From an uncultured Trueperaceae bacterium (GTDB lineage Bacteria; Deinococcota; Deinococci; Deinococcales; Trueperaceae): 64,000 bases of DNA. The stretch covers positions 32,001 to 96,000 of the forward strand of contig CAWCXJ010000008.1 of NCBI GenBank assembly GCA_963799485.1. Direction: 5' to 3'. The notes beneath the pieces are model-generated. The model was not told the origin of the DNA. It made no database searches and saw only the letters and a list, made by a program, of their open reading frames with translations. Of the stretch, positions 1 through 9,110 are shown one piece after another (within the stretch, counting starts at the first letter, position 1; each line of letters begins with the position of its first letter). A program made the position numbers and the translations under genes.

Positions 1-123
1 CTTACCCTTGACGACCTCACCACGCGCTACCGCTGTAGGTGTGGCAACACTGCCGAGACGGGTATCAGGCTCGAGGCTGTGACCTGTACGAAGTGCGGCA
101 CAGCCATGCCGACCGTTTCGTGA
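1..123 (+). CDS. 3' end of a small zinc-ribbon protein (partial, runs off window)
   Basis: Frame 1 reads LTLDDLTTRYRCRCGNTAETGIRLEAVTCTKCGTAMPTVS*, with CxC and CxxC pairs; lies inside the prophage region. Confidence 0.5.
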   Translation, partial: LTLDDLTTRYRCRCGNTAETGIRLEAVTCTKCGTAMPTVS

Positions 124-220
124 GGTGTTCCAGGTGTTCCGGGGTGTTCCATGAAAGGGGTACCCCCCTTCCCCTTTTGGTGACGGCCTTTTTGGATGGC
201 CATGCACAACATCGGAACAC
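124..220. repeat. Iteron-like repeats GGTGTTCC x3 plus one inverted GGAACAC
   Basis: Copies at 124-131, 133-140, 143-150; inverted copy at 214-220; GGGGTACCCC palindrome between them. Confidence 0.6.
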
Positions 221-241
221 TAAAAAAAGGAGCGTTCGACC

Positions 242-604
242 TTGAATAAAACTTTAGTGCTCCCCACAGCCCTGCTGTTGAAAAACGGACGCGACAAGCT
301 GCACTGGCGGGAACGAAACGACCTCAAAAAGAGCTACAAGGAAATCTTGATGCTCAAATACAAGGCCCAGACACCGCCCCAGGTGAGGCAAAAAGCTGTC
401 GTCACCCGGATCAAGGGGCCGCGTGAACGGGACTTCGACCTGCAAAATATCGGCGCGGGGTCAGCCGTAGAGCTGCTCAACGCGATGACCGCCGTCGGTT
501 ACTGGCTCAACGATTCTCCGAAGTGGCTCGAGACAGAGTTCAGACAAGCGTTTCACCCCACGCTTAAAGGGCCTGCTGTGCTCGTTGAGATTACGGCCGG
601 ATGA
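242..604 (+). CDS. RusA-like Holliday junction resolvase family phage protein
   Basis: 120 aa; HWRER..K, RDFDLQN and G...NDSP segments resemble phage RusA-like proteins; some expected acidic residues are substituted; AGGAG upstream. Confidence 0.5.
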   Translation: MNKTLVLPTALLLKNGRDKLHWRERNDLKKSYKEILMLKYKAQTPPQVRQKAVVTRIKGPRERDFDLQNIGAGSAVELLNAMTAVGYWLNDSPKWLETEFRQAFHPTLKGPAVLVEITAG

Positions 605-825
605 TCCCGCGACGTTTACGCCGTGCCCACGTCGCCGCGGCGCTCGACATCACCCCTAATCAGGCGACGCACCTGCTTTCTTGTGGCAAGCTCGAGACCG
701 TCCAGTACGAACCGGGCAGCTGGCGCGAGACGACGCCCGAAGCACTGATGCTCTACGCCGCCCGGATGGGTCTCAGCATCGATTGGGAGGCCGTGCTCGA
801 GCAAGAGGCAGAGCTGAAGAGCTAG
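601..825 (+). CDS. Small HTH DNA-binding protein (excisionase/MerR-like)
   Basis: 74 aa; VAAALDITPNQATHLL..GKL..WR pattern; ATGA overlap with the previous gene. Confidence 0.55.
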   Translation: MIPRRLRRAHVAAALDITPNQATHLLSCGKLETVQYEPGSWRETTPEALMLYAARMGLSIDWEAVLEQEAELKS

Positions 826-1457
826 GCGGCCAATAGCTCTGCCTCTTCTAACGCCGTCTCGATAATCTTCAGCGCGGAGTCCGGTAGACGTTTCGCCCTT
901 TGGTTCTCGACCCGCTCGAGGTAGTTGTCTTGTGACTTTGCCGACAATCGCACGACGTCGGCGTACTCGAGCAACCGTTCACACGCCGCCGCGCCCTCTT
1001 CAGGGCAGAGCGGGAGGCCGGTCGCCCTATCTATGCCCGAGTTGCGGGTGAGGCGCGGTTTAGGGTGCTCGGCGTCGGCTCGTTTGAAAAAAAACGCTTT
1101 CCGGGCTGAACCCATTAAGAGCCTGATCCAGCCTTCATAGAGGGCTTCTCTCTCCATATCGGGTGCAAAGAACCCCTGGTAAGCATCCCAGGGGAGCAAA
1201 AGCGCGTACATCTCAAAAATGCCGAGCCGCTCTTCAGGCAGTGTGAGACACGAAAGATATTTGTTCAAAGTCTCGCTCGTCGGCTCAGGTCGATGGACGC
1301 GGCCGCCGCCCAAAGCACGCATAGAACTGCCCGCGTTAAAGGGCCGGGTGTGACGTTTCCAGCGGTGGTTTTTAAGTTCAGCTAAAAGGTGATTTGCAAG
1401 ATACCGGCGTTCACAGGTGTTGAGGCTCGAGACAGCTACACGACGACCAGAGAGCAT
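822..1457 (-). CDS. Hypothetical phage protein
   Basis: 211-aa ORF with ATG start; no recognised family. Confidence 0.5.
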   Translation of the reverse strand: MLSGRRVAVSSLNTCERRYLANHLLAELKNHRWKRHTRPFNAGSSMRALGGGRVHRPEPTSETLNKYLSCLTLPEERLGIFEMYALLLPWDAYQGFFAPDMEREALYEGWIRLLMGSARKAFFFKRADAEHPKPRLTRNSGIDRATGLPLCPEEGAAACERLLEYADVVRLSAKSQDNYLERVENQRAKRLPDSALKIIETALEEAELLAA

Positions 1458-1605
1458 GGGCCCGTCCTTACCTACGCCTCCCCCGAGGCTGAGTCTACGG
1501 CGTGTTGTGAAGTCCCCTTAAGGGGCATCCTCAGTTTAACTTTTTGCGTTCTTTGCGTTCCTGTCGCTTTTGGACACCGCACGCCGTAGCCCGGATGATG
1601 GGGTT

Positions 1606-2307
1606 ATGGACATCACCACTGCACTTGTAGCCGGAAAACTCACCCAGTCTTCTCTCAACAGCTTGACCGCATCCTTAGACGCGGTGCCGGAGGGGGCAAA
1701 AAGGGGCGCTGAACGCATCCGGGGCAGCATCACCGCCTATCACGACCGGGTGCGAGCTTTTGAGGAAGACCGCCGCACTACCCAGGCCGACCCGATGAAA
1801 AGCGAGCTTGCCAAAAAAGAAGCGGTACAGGGGCTGACCGCAACCTTTAAGCAGGATGCGGACAGCGCCATCGGAACCGTAAGGCAACGTGTAGACGAAA
1901 CGCTGAAGGGCTACCGCGCCAAAGCGCCGCCGCCGCCCCTGAGCCCGGACGCGGTGCTGAATGAGGCGAGACTCGGTAACGCACGAACCGACGCGGCGAT
2001 GCTCTTGGGGAGCGTGCCGAGAGAAAGCCTTGCCCGCCGGATGAATGAGCTTGCCGAGAACACAGAAGACAGCGCCCTAAAGCATCTGCTCTTGGCTACC
2101 GACTGGCCGAGTAGTTACCTCGAGTCCAGGGGTATCAGGGAAGCTGTCCCGGCCTGGAACGGGTTTCGTAACCGGCTGCTGGCTGAAGTCCTAAGCGACG
2201 AGGGTAAGGCCGCGCTGGAAGCTTTGCAACAGCTCGAGGCCGTGACGCAGATACCGAGGATGCTTGCAAGCTCTCACAGTTTTTACCTGCGAGACAGAGG
2301 GCTCTAG
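1606..2307 (+). CDS. Hypothetical alpha-helical phage protein
   Basis: Long ORF (track start 1570); ATG 1606 chosen as the likely start. Confidence 0.55.
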   Translation: MDITTALVAGKLTQSSLNSLTASLDAVPEGAKRGAERIRGSITAYHDRVRAFEEDRRTTQADPMKSELAKKEAVQGLTATFKQDADSAIGTVRQRVDETLKGYRAKAPPPPLSPDAVLNEARLGNARTDAAMLLGSVPRESLARRMNELAENTEDSALKHLLLATDWPSSYLESRGIREAVPAWNGFRNRLLAEVLSDEGKAALEALQQLEAVTQIPRMLASSHSFYLRDRGL

Positions 2308-2335
2308 GTGCTGTCAACAGAGCCGGGGGGGTCTC

Positions 2336-2722
2336 GTGCCCGGTGATACCAGGCCGCACCTTGCCAGGGCTGCTAAGAAGCGTGCCCGACGCCCTAAACC
2401 CGGCACGGTCAAGCAACTCTCGGCGGTGCTGTGGCGAGCGGTGACGCACTTAGAGACGCATTTAGACGACGCTATGACTGACGAAGTGGTGAGTACCGAC
2501 AAGCTCTGCAAGCTCACTCACGCGCTGAGTCAGTCAGCGAGCACCTATCTGAAGGCGCTCGAGGTTGGGGAACTGGAGGCAAGGCTCGAGGCGATAGAAA
2601 AGGCCCAGGCTGAAGCGCCCCGCCCGCCGGATGGGGGTAGGCCGCTTCCTGGCGGGCGCTGGGCAGACCCGCCGAAACCGCCGCCGACCCTGCCGACCGC
2701 CGACACGAAGCCGTCTAACTGA
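2336..2722 (+). CDS. Hypothetical protein with ELEARLEAIE coiled-coil tail (small-terminase-like)
   Basis: In-frame GTG after a G-rich stretch; basic N-terminus, KALEVGELEARLEAIE, Pro-rich tail. Confidence 0.4.
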   Translation: MPGDTRPHLARAAKKRARRPKPGTVKQLSAVLWRAVTHLETHLDDAMTDEVVSTDKLCKLTHALSQSASTYLKALEVGELEARLEAIEKAQAEAPRPPDGGRPLPGGRWADPPKPPPTLPTADTKPSN

Positions 2723-3150
2723 TGGGTTTCAAGGGCCGCTTAGACAAGCTCGAGCCTGTAACCTGCGAGCGTTGGCTAAGGAGTTGGGAAGCGTTCTTCA
2801 AGGTGCTTTTCGACCGGCACTTACCGGAGGCCGTGCAGGAGCGTTTTACCGCCGTCGCCGACCGCGCCGCCCGTGATGAGCCCTACGGCGACGAACTCGA
2901 CGCCGCCGTGCAGCGGCTCGACTACGGGCTCGAGGCGTGGTTTGAACGCTGGGACGTGCCCGACCTGGAAGCGGGCCGGGACTACCACAACACCCCGGAC
3001 ACCATCCCGACGCCGCCAAGCGAGCCCGAAGGTAAACACCAAGAGCTGACGGCGCTGCTTACCGATGAAGGGACACCAGGCGACGCCGCGGCGCTGCTCT
3101 TATACATGCTGGCGAGCGCTCGAGCGGTGAGGGACTACCGCCGCCTTTAG
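2722..3150 (+). CDS. Hypothetical phage protein
   Basis: 142 aa; TGATG coupling to the previous ORF. Confidence 0.55.
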   Translation: MGFKGRLDKLEPVTCERWLRSWEAFFKVLFDRHLPEAVQERFTAVADRAARDEPYGDELDAAVQRLDYGLEAWFERWDVPDLEAGRDYHNTPDTIPTPPSEPEGKHQELTALLTDEGTPGDAAALLLYMLASARAVRDYRRL

Positions 3151-3179
3151 TACGGTCTCTGACCGGGCGCGGCCCGCCC

Positions 3180-3888
3180 TAGGTTCTGTTGACATTTCAC
3201 CGCAGCCAGATGAGAGCCGAAGCGAAGTGTAAGAAGCCAAGGTAGTTGCGAGCAAGCTTATCGAAGCGAGAGAAGCAACGCCTATAGTATTTGAGCTTGC
3301 CGATAAGCACTCGGTGAGGTGCCGCTCTTTGTACAGCTCTTGGTCATACTCAGGTTGCTCTTTGCGGTTTTGCTTGGGTGGGATAACCGCTTCTGCACTC
3401 AGCGCGGTGATGGTGTCGCGGCTATGCTGGGCGTCATAGGCTTTGTCGCCCAGCACAAACTCGGCTTCATAACCTTCGAGTAACGCTTTAGCATAAGGTG
3501 CTTCATGGACTTGACCCGCAGTTAAAAGCAGCCGTAGCGGATTGCCTAGCGCATCGACGGTGACGTGGACTCTGGCACCAAACCCGCCCCGGCTATAGCC
3601 GAGTGCTTGCGCCTTTTGCCCCCCCTTTTACGTGTCGCACCCGCCGAACACGCATGAGCCCGAATCACGCTACTGTCCAGCATCACATTTTCTATATCAG
3701 GATCGTCAGCAAAGTGCTCAAACATCTCCTGCCATATCCCTCGTTCGCTCCACCTGTCAAAGCGCTTGTAGACGCTGTTCCAGTGACCGTACCGCTTAGG
3801 CAAAAGTCGCCACTGAGACCCCGAACGCACTATCCACAACACCCCTTCGATAAACCTTCGGCACCGCTTCTCCTGGCCTATGTACACC
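3180..3888 (-). mobile_element. Truncated IS5-family element (two-ORF, IS427-like)
   Basis: Orf[25 protein letters not shown] and LDSSVIRAH; -1 slip site AAAAGGGGGGG at 3619-3629; orf[16 protein letters not shown] and YKERH; right end at (TA)GGTTCTGTTGACA ~3180; 5' end missing. Confidence 0.9.
3197..3887 (-). pseudogene. IS5 transposase, 5'-truncated, with an extra 1-nt deletion near 3305
   Basis: Adding one T restores ECFIGKLKYYRRCFSRFDKLARNYLGFLHF...WLR*. Confidence 0.85.
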
Positions 3889-5981
3889 TCTGGGCGCTCA
3901 TCCCGACGGCGACACCCAACGAGGTACTAACGCACCTGGTGAGCCGCTGGGCCGAAGAAATACCGGGGCTAAGCTTGGCAACCCCAACGCCGCCGATTGA
4001 ACTGCGCGGGGCAGAAGGGCCGGTCATCCCTTACGTGCTGTTTTTGTCGGTGCAGCAGACCGTAGGGCAGAGCTTAAGCATCCTGGAGTGGCTGAACAGA
4101 TTTTTCGACATCTTTGAAGGCTACAGCTACCGATTGAGCGGCGACGTGCTCACCGTCATCCCGCCCATGTACATGCAAACTGAGAGTATCGACCTGACCC
4201 CAGCTGCAACGGGCACGCCGGGAACGCTCGTGCTGAGTGAAAACATCACGACCTCAGAAGACGGCGTCATCAACTCGCAGAGTGTCTCGCACCGCCCGAA
4301 AATCTTAAACGGTGAGTTCCTTAAAAATCCCGACGACGGCACCCCGGCAGACTTCGTTCCCGCTACGGAGGGGCAAGAGGCGCGCTATGCTAATCTGCCG
4401 GAAATCGGCGAGCCCGCGTTTTACCGACAAGGGGACACCGGGGTCGTGCTTAAACCTGCCGACCGGCGCTTTGTTCGTAACGGCGTGCCGACACCATATC
4501 AATACAGCGAGGACAAATACCCCGAACTCACGACCGTGCGGGTCAGCTTCACCTGTTATGTTTTTCAGTCGTTCACGGTTGATGCCGAGAACAGTGCGGT
4601 AGACCTCGTAGGCGATGCGCTTTTTGGCGAAGAAGATTTAGGGTCTAAACTCTCCGGCAAAAAAGCTATTGACGTGTCAAAACATCTTGTGCAACAAACG
4701 CACGTCGTCGATCTGGGCGTCGGCCCCAACGCCCGCCCCTTCGACGCGGTGTTTCGTTGGGTCAACGGCACGCAGTCGGCGGCGTGGGTATGGCGGCTGA
4801 AAGCGACGCCCAAAGGGGTCAAGGCGACGCTGATCGAGCCTGCGGGCAGTCCAATCCTGGTACGAGCGTATTACCCCGTGCCGTGGGTTCTGTATCTGAT
4901 CCCGGTGGTAGGATTCGCACTCGGATTTTTAGCCCCACCTATACCGGCCACAATGGGCGCGGAGTTTCACCTAAATGTTCAGGGTCAAGCCTGGGAACCG
5001 AGTGATGTGACCTACTCGGCAACATATGGTGTCTACACGCCGCCGACCCTGCCGCCCGGACTCAAGACGCCGCCCTTTGACAACCTGAGCGACGCCGCGA
5101 CGGACGCCACTGAAGCGATTTATGGACGCAAACCGGGGGCGGATAAGGTGATCGACATCTGGAGCCTCGTCAGCAGCCCGACCACGACCACGGCTGAACT
5201 GAGTGAGGCGCAAAAAGACGCGAACGAAACGCTTTTACGCGAACAGATCAGCCACACGCTTTTGAACATTGCTCAGCATACGGTAAAAGAGCGGCTGCTA
5301 CCTTACGAAATCGTGACGCTCACCTTTATGCAGCCCTTCCCGGTCACAGCGCGCGACATCGGGCGCATGGCGACCTACAAGGGTAAGACGGGCATTATCC
5401 GCTCATATTCGTATTCTGAAAACCACACTGCAGCGGGTTCAGACATCACCCTGACGATCACCTTGCGCGTGCCGCAAACTGCCGAGCGTCAGCCGATCAT
5501 CTTTATCCCGCCGACCCCGGAACCCGAACCCGAGCCCTTTATCCCGCCGGGGTATCCACCTTCAGGCGACTTTGCGCCGCCCTCGAAACCGACAGAACTG
5601 CCGCCGACGTCGCCGATCACCGCAGGCCCCGGCATGGTGCAACTCGACTTCGGGCGGCGTTTTGACCTCTTGCGGATTAAAGCCGCCGGTGAGCGGCGCG
5701 TCCGGCTTTACCGCACCGATGCGGCCCGGACAGCCGACGTCTCACGGCCCCTGACGGAGACGAATGAGCAGGGCTTTACAGTCAACACCAGGCCCGCCGA
5801 AGAGGTGTTTGAACAGCTCATCTTAGAAGCGCGCTTGCCTTATGGAGAGAATGACAGCCTTGATTTGCACGCAGTACTTGGACACACACCTGAAGGCGTC
5901 GTCTACGCCAACATCGAGGGCGGACCGGTGACATTCTTTAGATTCATTCCTAGAGGGATACTCGACACAGACCCGGTGTAG
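3888..5981 (+). pseudogene. 5'-truncated phage virion/tail-type protein
   Basis: ~700 open codons; the track's N-terminal 3603-3887 part is only antisense of the transposase; Pro-rich linker followed by LLRIK..RVRLYRTDAARTADVSRP, reminiscent of a phage structural/tail-fibre C-terminal domain. Confidence 0.6.
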
Positions 5982-6095
5982 CGGTCGCTCTGCCCACACC
6001 CGTAACAACAGATATTAGTGCGGCTCATAGCCCCAAGCTAAACCATGCCGTGTTGAGTCATGGGGTTATGACCGGCTGATAAGAGACTTTAGCGG

Positions 6096-6137
6096 ACACA
6101 AGAGAAAAGCCCCGGTTTCAGGCCGGGGCTCTTGTGT
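6096..6137 (-). terminator. Intrinsic terminator between convergent genes
   Basis: AGCCCCGG/CCGGGGCT stem, extendable with ACACAAGAG/CTCTTGTGT; T-run on the minus strand. Confidence 0.75.
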
Positions 6138-6147
6138 TCGGACTATC

Positions 6148-6420
6148 TCACCACTGCTCGTATCGCACATCTACGCTCAGGTCAAGGTCGGCACAAGACG
6201 CCTGAAGCTGCTCGAGCTGCTCACGGCCTACACCGGTAAAAGCCATATTCGCCTCGAGGTCTAAATGGTCATCTGGGAAGCCGTGGCGTTCGCACAGTTC
6301 CCGGATCAGCTTCCACATAGCGATGAACTCGGGCACGCCGTCGGCGGCGAAGTTAAAGCGCACGACCGGGCGTGTTCTGGGGCCGGTGGGGGCGCTCCCT
6401 TCGGGGTACTTCGTGCTCAC
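6148..6420 (-). CDS. Hypothetical phage protein
   Basis: 90 aa; GTGA overlap with the upstream ORF; GGAGG RBS. Confidence 0.6.
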   Translation of the reverse strand: MSTKYPEGSAPTGPRTRPVVRFNFAADGVPEFIAMWKLIRELCERHGFPDDHLDLEANMAFTGVGREQLEQLQASCADLDLSVDVRYEQW

Positions 6421-6704
6421 GCTGCTACCTCCAGGGCAACTTCAGCCGCCGCCGGGACGAGGCAGTGAACCTCATCCCAGACGCCGTAAGCAACTCTCTC
6501 GGTACGGGTCTCATAAGCTTGCACCTCGTCAGGGTAATGGACCTCTTCACGCTTCAGCGTGGCGATTCGTACAAGCCGGGTTACTTTGTCGGCACCTTCG
6601 ACCACGGCGTAACAAAAGGGGAGGGTGCTCGAGACGGCGACGACCAAACCGAGACCTTTCACGGTGGCACCTAAGAGCTTGGTTTGTCTGGGTGTATTCT
6701 GCAT
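6417..6704 (-). CDS. Hypothetical phage protein (first gene of the leftward operon)
   Basis: 95 aa; GGAG RBS; ends in LEVAA. Confidence 0.6.
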   Translation of the reverse strand: MQNTPRQTKLLGATVKGLGLVVAVSSTLPFCYAVVEGADKVTRLVRIATLKREEVHYPDEVQAYETRTERVAYGVWDEVHCLVPAAAEVALEVAA

Positions 6705-6760
6705 TCGGAACTCCGTTTCTATCTAAGGGCTCACTTTGGACGGTTGCCCTTAGATGCCCT

Positions 6761-6804
6761 AGTATATAGCATAATTGCTTTATAAAGCAACTATGCTATA
6801 TACT
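6761..6804. promoter_or_regulatory. 44-bp near-perfect palindrome forming back-to-back sigma70 promoters and a probable operator
   Basis: AGTATATAGCATAATTGCTTTATAAAGCAACTATGCTATATACT, one mismatched pair; TTGCTT-N18-TATACT on both strands. Confidence 0.8.
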
Positions 6805-6840
6805 GTGTTCAGGCGCTATAGCGCGTGAGGAGGCTATAAG

Positions 6841-7086
6841 ATGGACGGGATGCCGATTAAGTGGAAACTGAAAGAGGTACTCGAGCAAAACGGAGTGACG
6901 GCCTATCAGCTCATCCAAGACACGGGACTGGCGGGCTCGACGATCTACCGCATTACCGGCGGTAAAACGGAGGCGATCCAAGGCAAGGTGCTTGACCGTA
7001 TCTTGACTTCGCTGCATACCCGGACGGGTAAAACGTTCGGGGTGGGTGATTTGCTCGAGTGGCAACCTGAAGCGGCGGGCCGCTAA
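6841..7086 (+). CDS. Xre/Cro-C1-type HTH regulator
   Basis: IKWKLKEVLEQNGVTAYQLIQDTGLAGSTIYRI; GAGGAGG RBS; TAATG coupling to the integrase. Confidence 0.85.
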   Translation: MDGMPIKWKLKEVLEQNGVTAYQLIQDTGLAGSTIYRITGGKTEAIQGKVLDRILTSLHTRTGKTFGVGDLLEWQPEAAGR

Positions 7087-8216
7087 TGGCGGGGCAGATT
7101 GAGAAGCGCGGTGAGCAGAAGTACATGTTGCGCGTCTTTCTTGGGCGCGACCCCGACACCGGCAAACGGCGCTACTTAAACCGGACGGTACACGGCACCA
7201 AAAAGCACGCTGAGCAGACCCTTACCGCACTTCTCCGGGCCAAAGACACCGGCACGCTGGTTCAGCCGGTGAAGCTGAGCTTAAACACCCATCTCGACCG
7301 CTGGCTCGAGACCGCCGTCAAGCCGCGGGTGAGCGAGCGCACTCACCGGGATTACACCTGGAAAGCGGGGCGCTACCTCCGGCCCCAGCTTGGCGAGCGG
7401 CTCTTAAGCAGCATCAAACCCTATGACATTCAGGCGCTTTATGCTGGGATGCTCGAGCGGAATCTGAGCCCTAAAACCGTCCGGCACGCCCAAACGATTC
7501 TGCATAACGCTTTTGAACAGGCGATCCGCTGGGGGCTCTTGGCGACGAACCCGGCTCAGCACATCGACCTGCCCAAACCAAAACACAGGGAGATGCAGGC
7601 CATGACCGAACAGGCGGCGGGGCAGTTTTTAGCGGCCGCTAAAAGCGACCCTTTGCACGCGCTTTTCGAGCTGCTTTTAGGAACCGGCTTACGGCCTTCA
7701 GAAGCTATCGGGCTCAAGTGGAGCGACCTCGACCCGCTGAGCAGCACCCTAAGTGTGCAGCGGACGGTAGTCCGGCCCAAAGGGGGCGGCTGGTGCTTTG
7801 GCCCTACCAAAACCAAACGGGGGCGGCGCACCTTGGCTCTGCCCGCCGGACTCGTGACGACCCTTTTAGCACACCGGGCGGCGTCGCCGCCGAACGAGCA
7901 CGAGCTGATGTTTACGACTGTGTTGGGAGAGGCCCTCGAGCTGAGCAACCTCAGAAGCCGGAACTTTGCCGCAGTTCAGAAGCGGGCCGGACTCAGCGGC
8001 TTTAACCTCTACAGCCTCCGGCACACACACGCGACGCTGCTTTTACTGGCAGGGGTGCATCCCAAAGTCGTCAGCGAGCGCCTGGGGCACGCGACGATTG
8101 TGATCACCCTGAACACTTACAGCCACGTTTTGCCCAACATGCAGCAAGAGGCCGCGGCGAAGCTCGAGGCGCTGCTTTACAGCCCTGTAAAGAACACCGT
8201 TTTAGGGGTGAATTGA
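7086..8216 (+). CDS. Tyrosine recombinase/phage integrase
   Basis: GLRPSE (R), KT (K), SLRHTHA, LGHA and NTYSH (Y) motifs; N-terminal arm-binding region. Confidence 0.97.
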   Translation: MAGQIEKRGEQKYMLRVFLGRDPDTGKRRYLNRTVHGTKKHAEQTLTALLRAKDTGTLVQPVKLSLNTHLDRWLETAVKPRVSERTHRDYTWKAGRYLRPQLGERLLSSIKPYDIQALYAGMLERNLSPKTVRHAQTILHNAFEQAIRWGLLATNPAQHIDLPKPKHREMQAMTEQAAGQFLAAAKSDPLHALFELLLGTGLRPSEAIGLKWSDLDPLSSTLSVQRTVVRPKGGGWCFGPTKTKRGRRTLALPAGLVTTLLAHRAASPPNEHELMFTTVLGEALELSNLRSRNFAAVQKRAGLSGFNLYSLRHTHATLLLLAGVHPKVVSERLGHATIVITLNTYSHVLPNMQQEAAAKLEALLYSPVKNTVLGVN

Positions 8217-8232
8217 CCCTTATGGAGACGCT

Positions 8233-8252
8233 GGCACACTATAGGCACACTA
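8233..8252 (+). repeat. Direct repeat GGCACACTA x2, putative integrase arm-type sites
   Basis: 8233-8241 and 8244-8252 (11-bp period), between the integrase stop and the tRNA. Confidence 0.6.
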
Positions 8253-8323
8253 AACGAAAAACCGCGCTCAGCTTTTGGGCTTTACGCGGTCTCGTTTATA
8301 CCGTCTGTGACGGGTTTTATTTT

Positions 8324-8400
<77 letters not shown>

Positions 8401-8489
8401 TCGCAGCAAAAATAAGCTTAACGCTCCGGCGGGGCCCCTGTCAAGCGCAAGTCGGACACACACTAAAGCAGCCTGCTAGACTTCTGGTT

Positions 8490-9041
8490 ATGAGCGCGTC
8501 TACGACTCCTAGTCGGCAAAAAACAGCTGTGGCTGAACCCGCGACCCTCGAGGTCTGGCTGCGTGGCCCCCTGGCTGATACGCCACCCCTCGTGCAACCC
8601 GTCGCTCACGCGCTGCTGCAGGCAAAAGAAGAGGTCGTTACGCTTCTAGCCGGGTTTCCCGAAGCGCTGTTATGGGAACGCCCGGCAGGGGCGGCGTCGG
8701 TAGGGTTTCATCTGCAGCACCTTACGGGCGTGCTCGAGCGGCTCTTGACCTACACGCGCGGCGAAGCGCTAAACACCGAGCAGCTCGCGGCGCTGGCTCG
8801 AGAGGGCGGCGGAAATGGGCGCACGGCTGACCTCGTGGCGGCTTTTGAAGCCCAGGTCGAAGCGGCTTTGGCGGAACTGCGCAAGCTCGACGAAAGGACG
8901 CTGACCGAGCCTCGAGCCGTAGGCCGCGCGCGGCTTCCTTCAACCGTTATCGGGCTACTCGTTCACGCCGCCGAACACACCACCCGGCACGTCGGACAGC
9001 TCCTGGTAACTGTGAAAGTCGTTGAGGCCGGACTAAAATAG
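8490..9041 (+). CDS. DinB-family protein
   Basis: SVGFHLQHL and HAAEHTTRHVGQ His motifs; ATG 7 nt after TAGACT (leaderless). Confidence 0.85.
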   Translation: MSASTTPSRQKTAVAEPATLEVWLRGPLADTPPLVQPVAHALLQAKEEVVTLLAGFPEALLWERPAGAASVGFHLQHLTGVLERLLTYTRGEALNTEQLAALAREGGGNGRTADLVAAFEAQVEAALAELRKLDERTLTEPRAVGRARLPSTVIGLLVHAAEHTTRHVGQLLVTVKVVEAGLK

Positions 9042-9110
9042 GTTCGGGCGGTATTTGCTAGACTCGCCCCGGTTAAACTCAAAACCTGAGGGGTCGACGG
9101 AGGAGCACAC

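Larger units (their letters stand above)
1..8323. mobile_element. Defective prophage or phage-satellite-like element integrated at the tRNA-fMet 3' end (left boundary outside window)
   Basis: Tyrosine integrase ends ~110 bp from the tRNA CCA end; Xre HTH, RusA-like gene, virion-like gene and many short orphan ORFs. Confidence 0.8.

Noticed and set aside
124..150. Possible CRISPR repeats, also at 24699-24787
   Set aside because: Repeats are 8-12 bp without regular spacers and there are no cas genes.
3603..3887. N-terminal 95 aa of the 792-aa ORF
   Set aside because: It is the antisense of the IS5 transposase, open by chance; not part of the native gene.
6770..6795. DdrO/RDRM radiation-response box at the palindrome centre
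   Set aside because: The even-length core TTGCTTTATAAAGCAA does not fit the 17-bp RDRM layout as I recall it.
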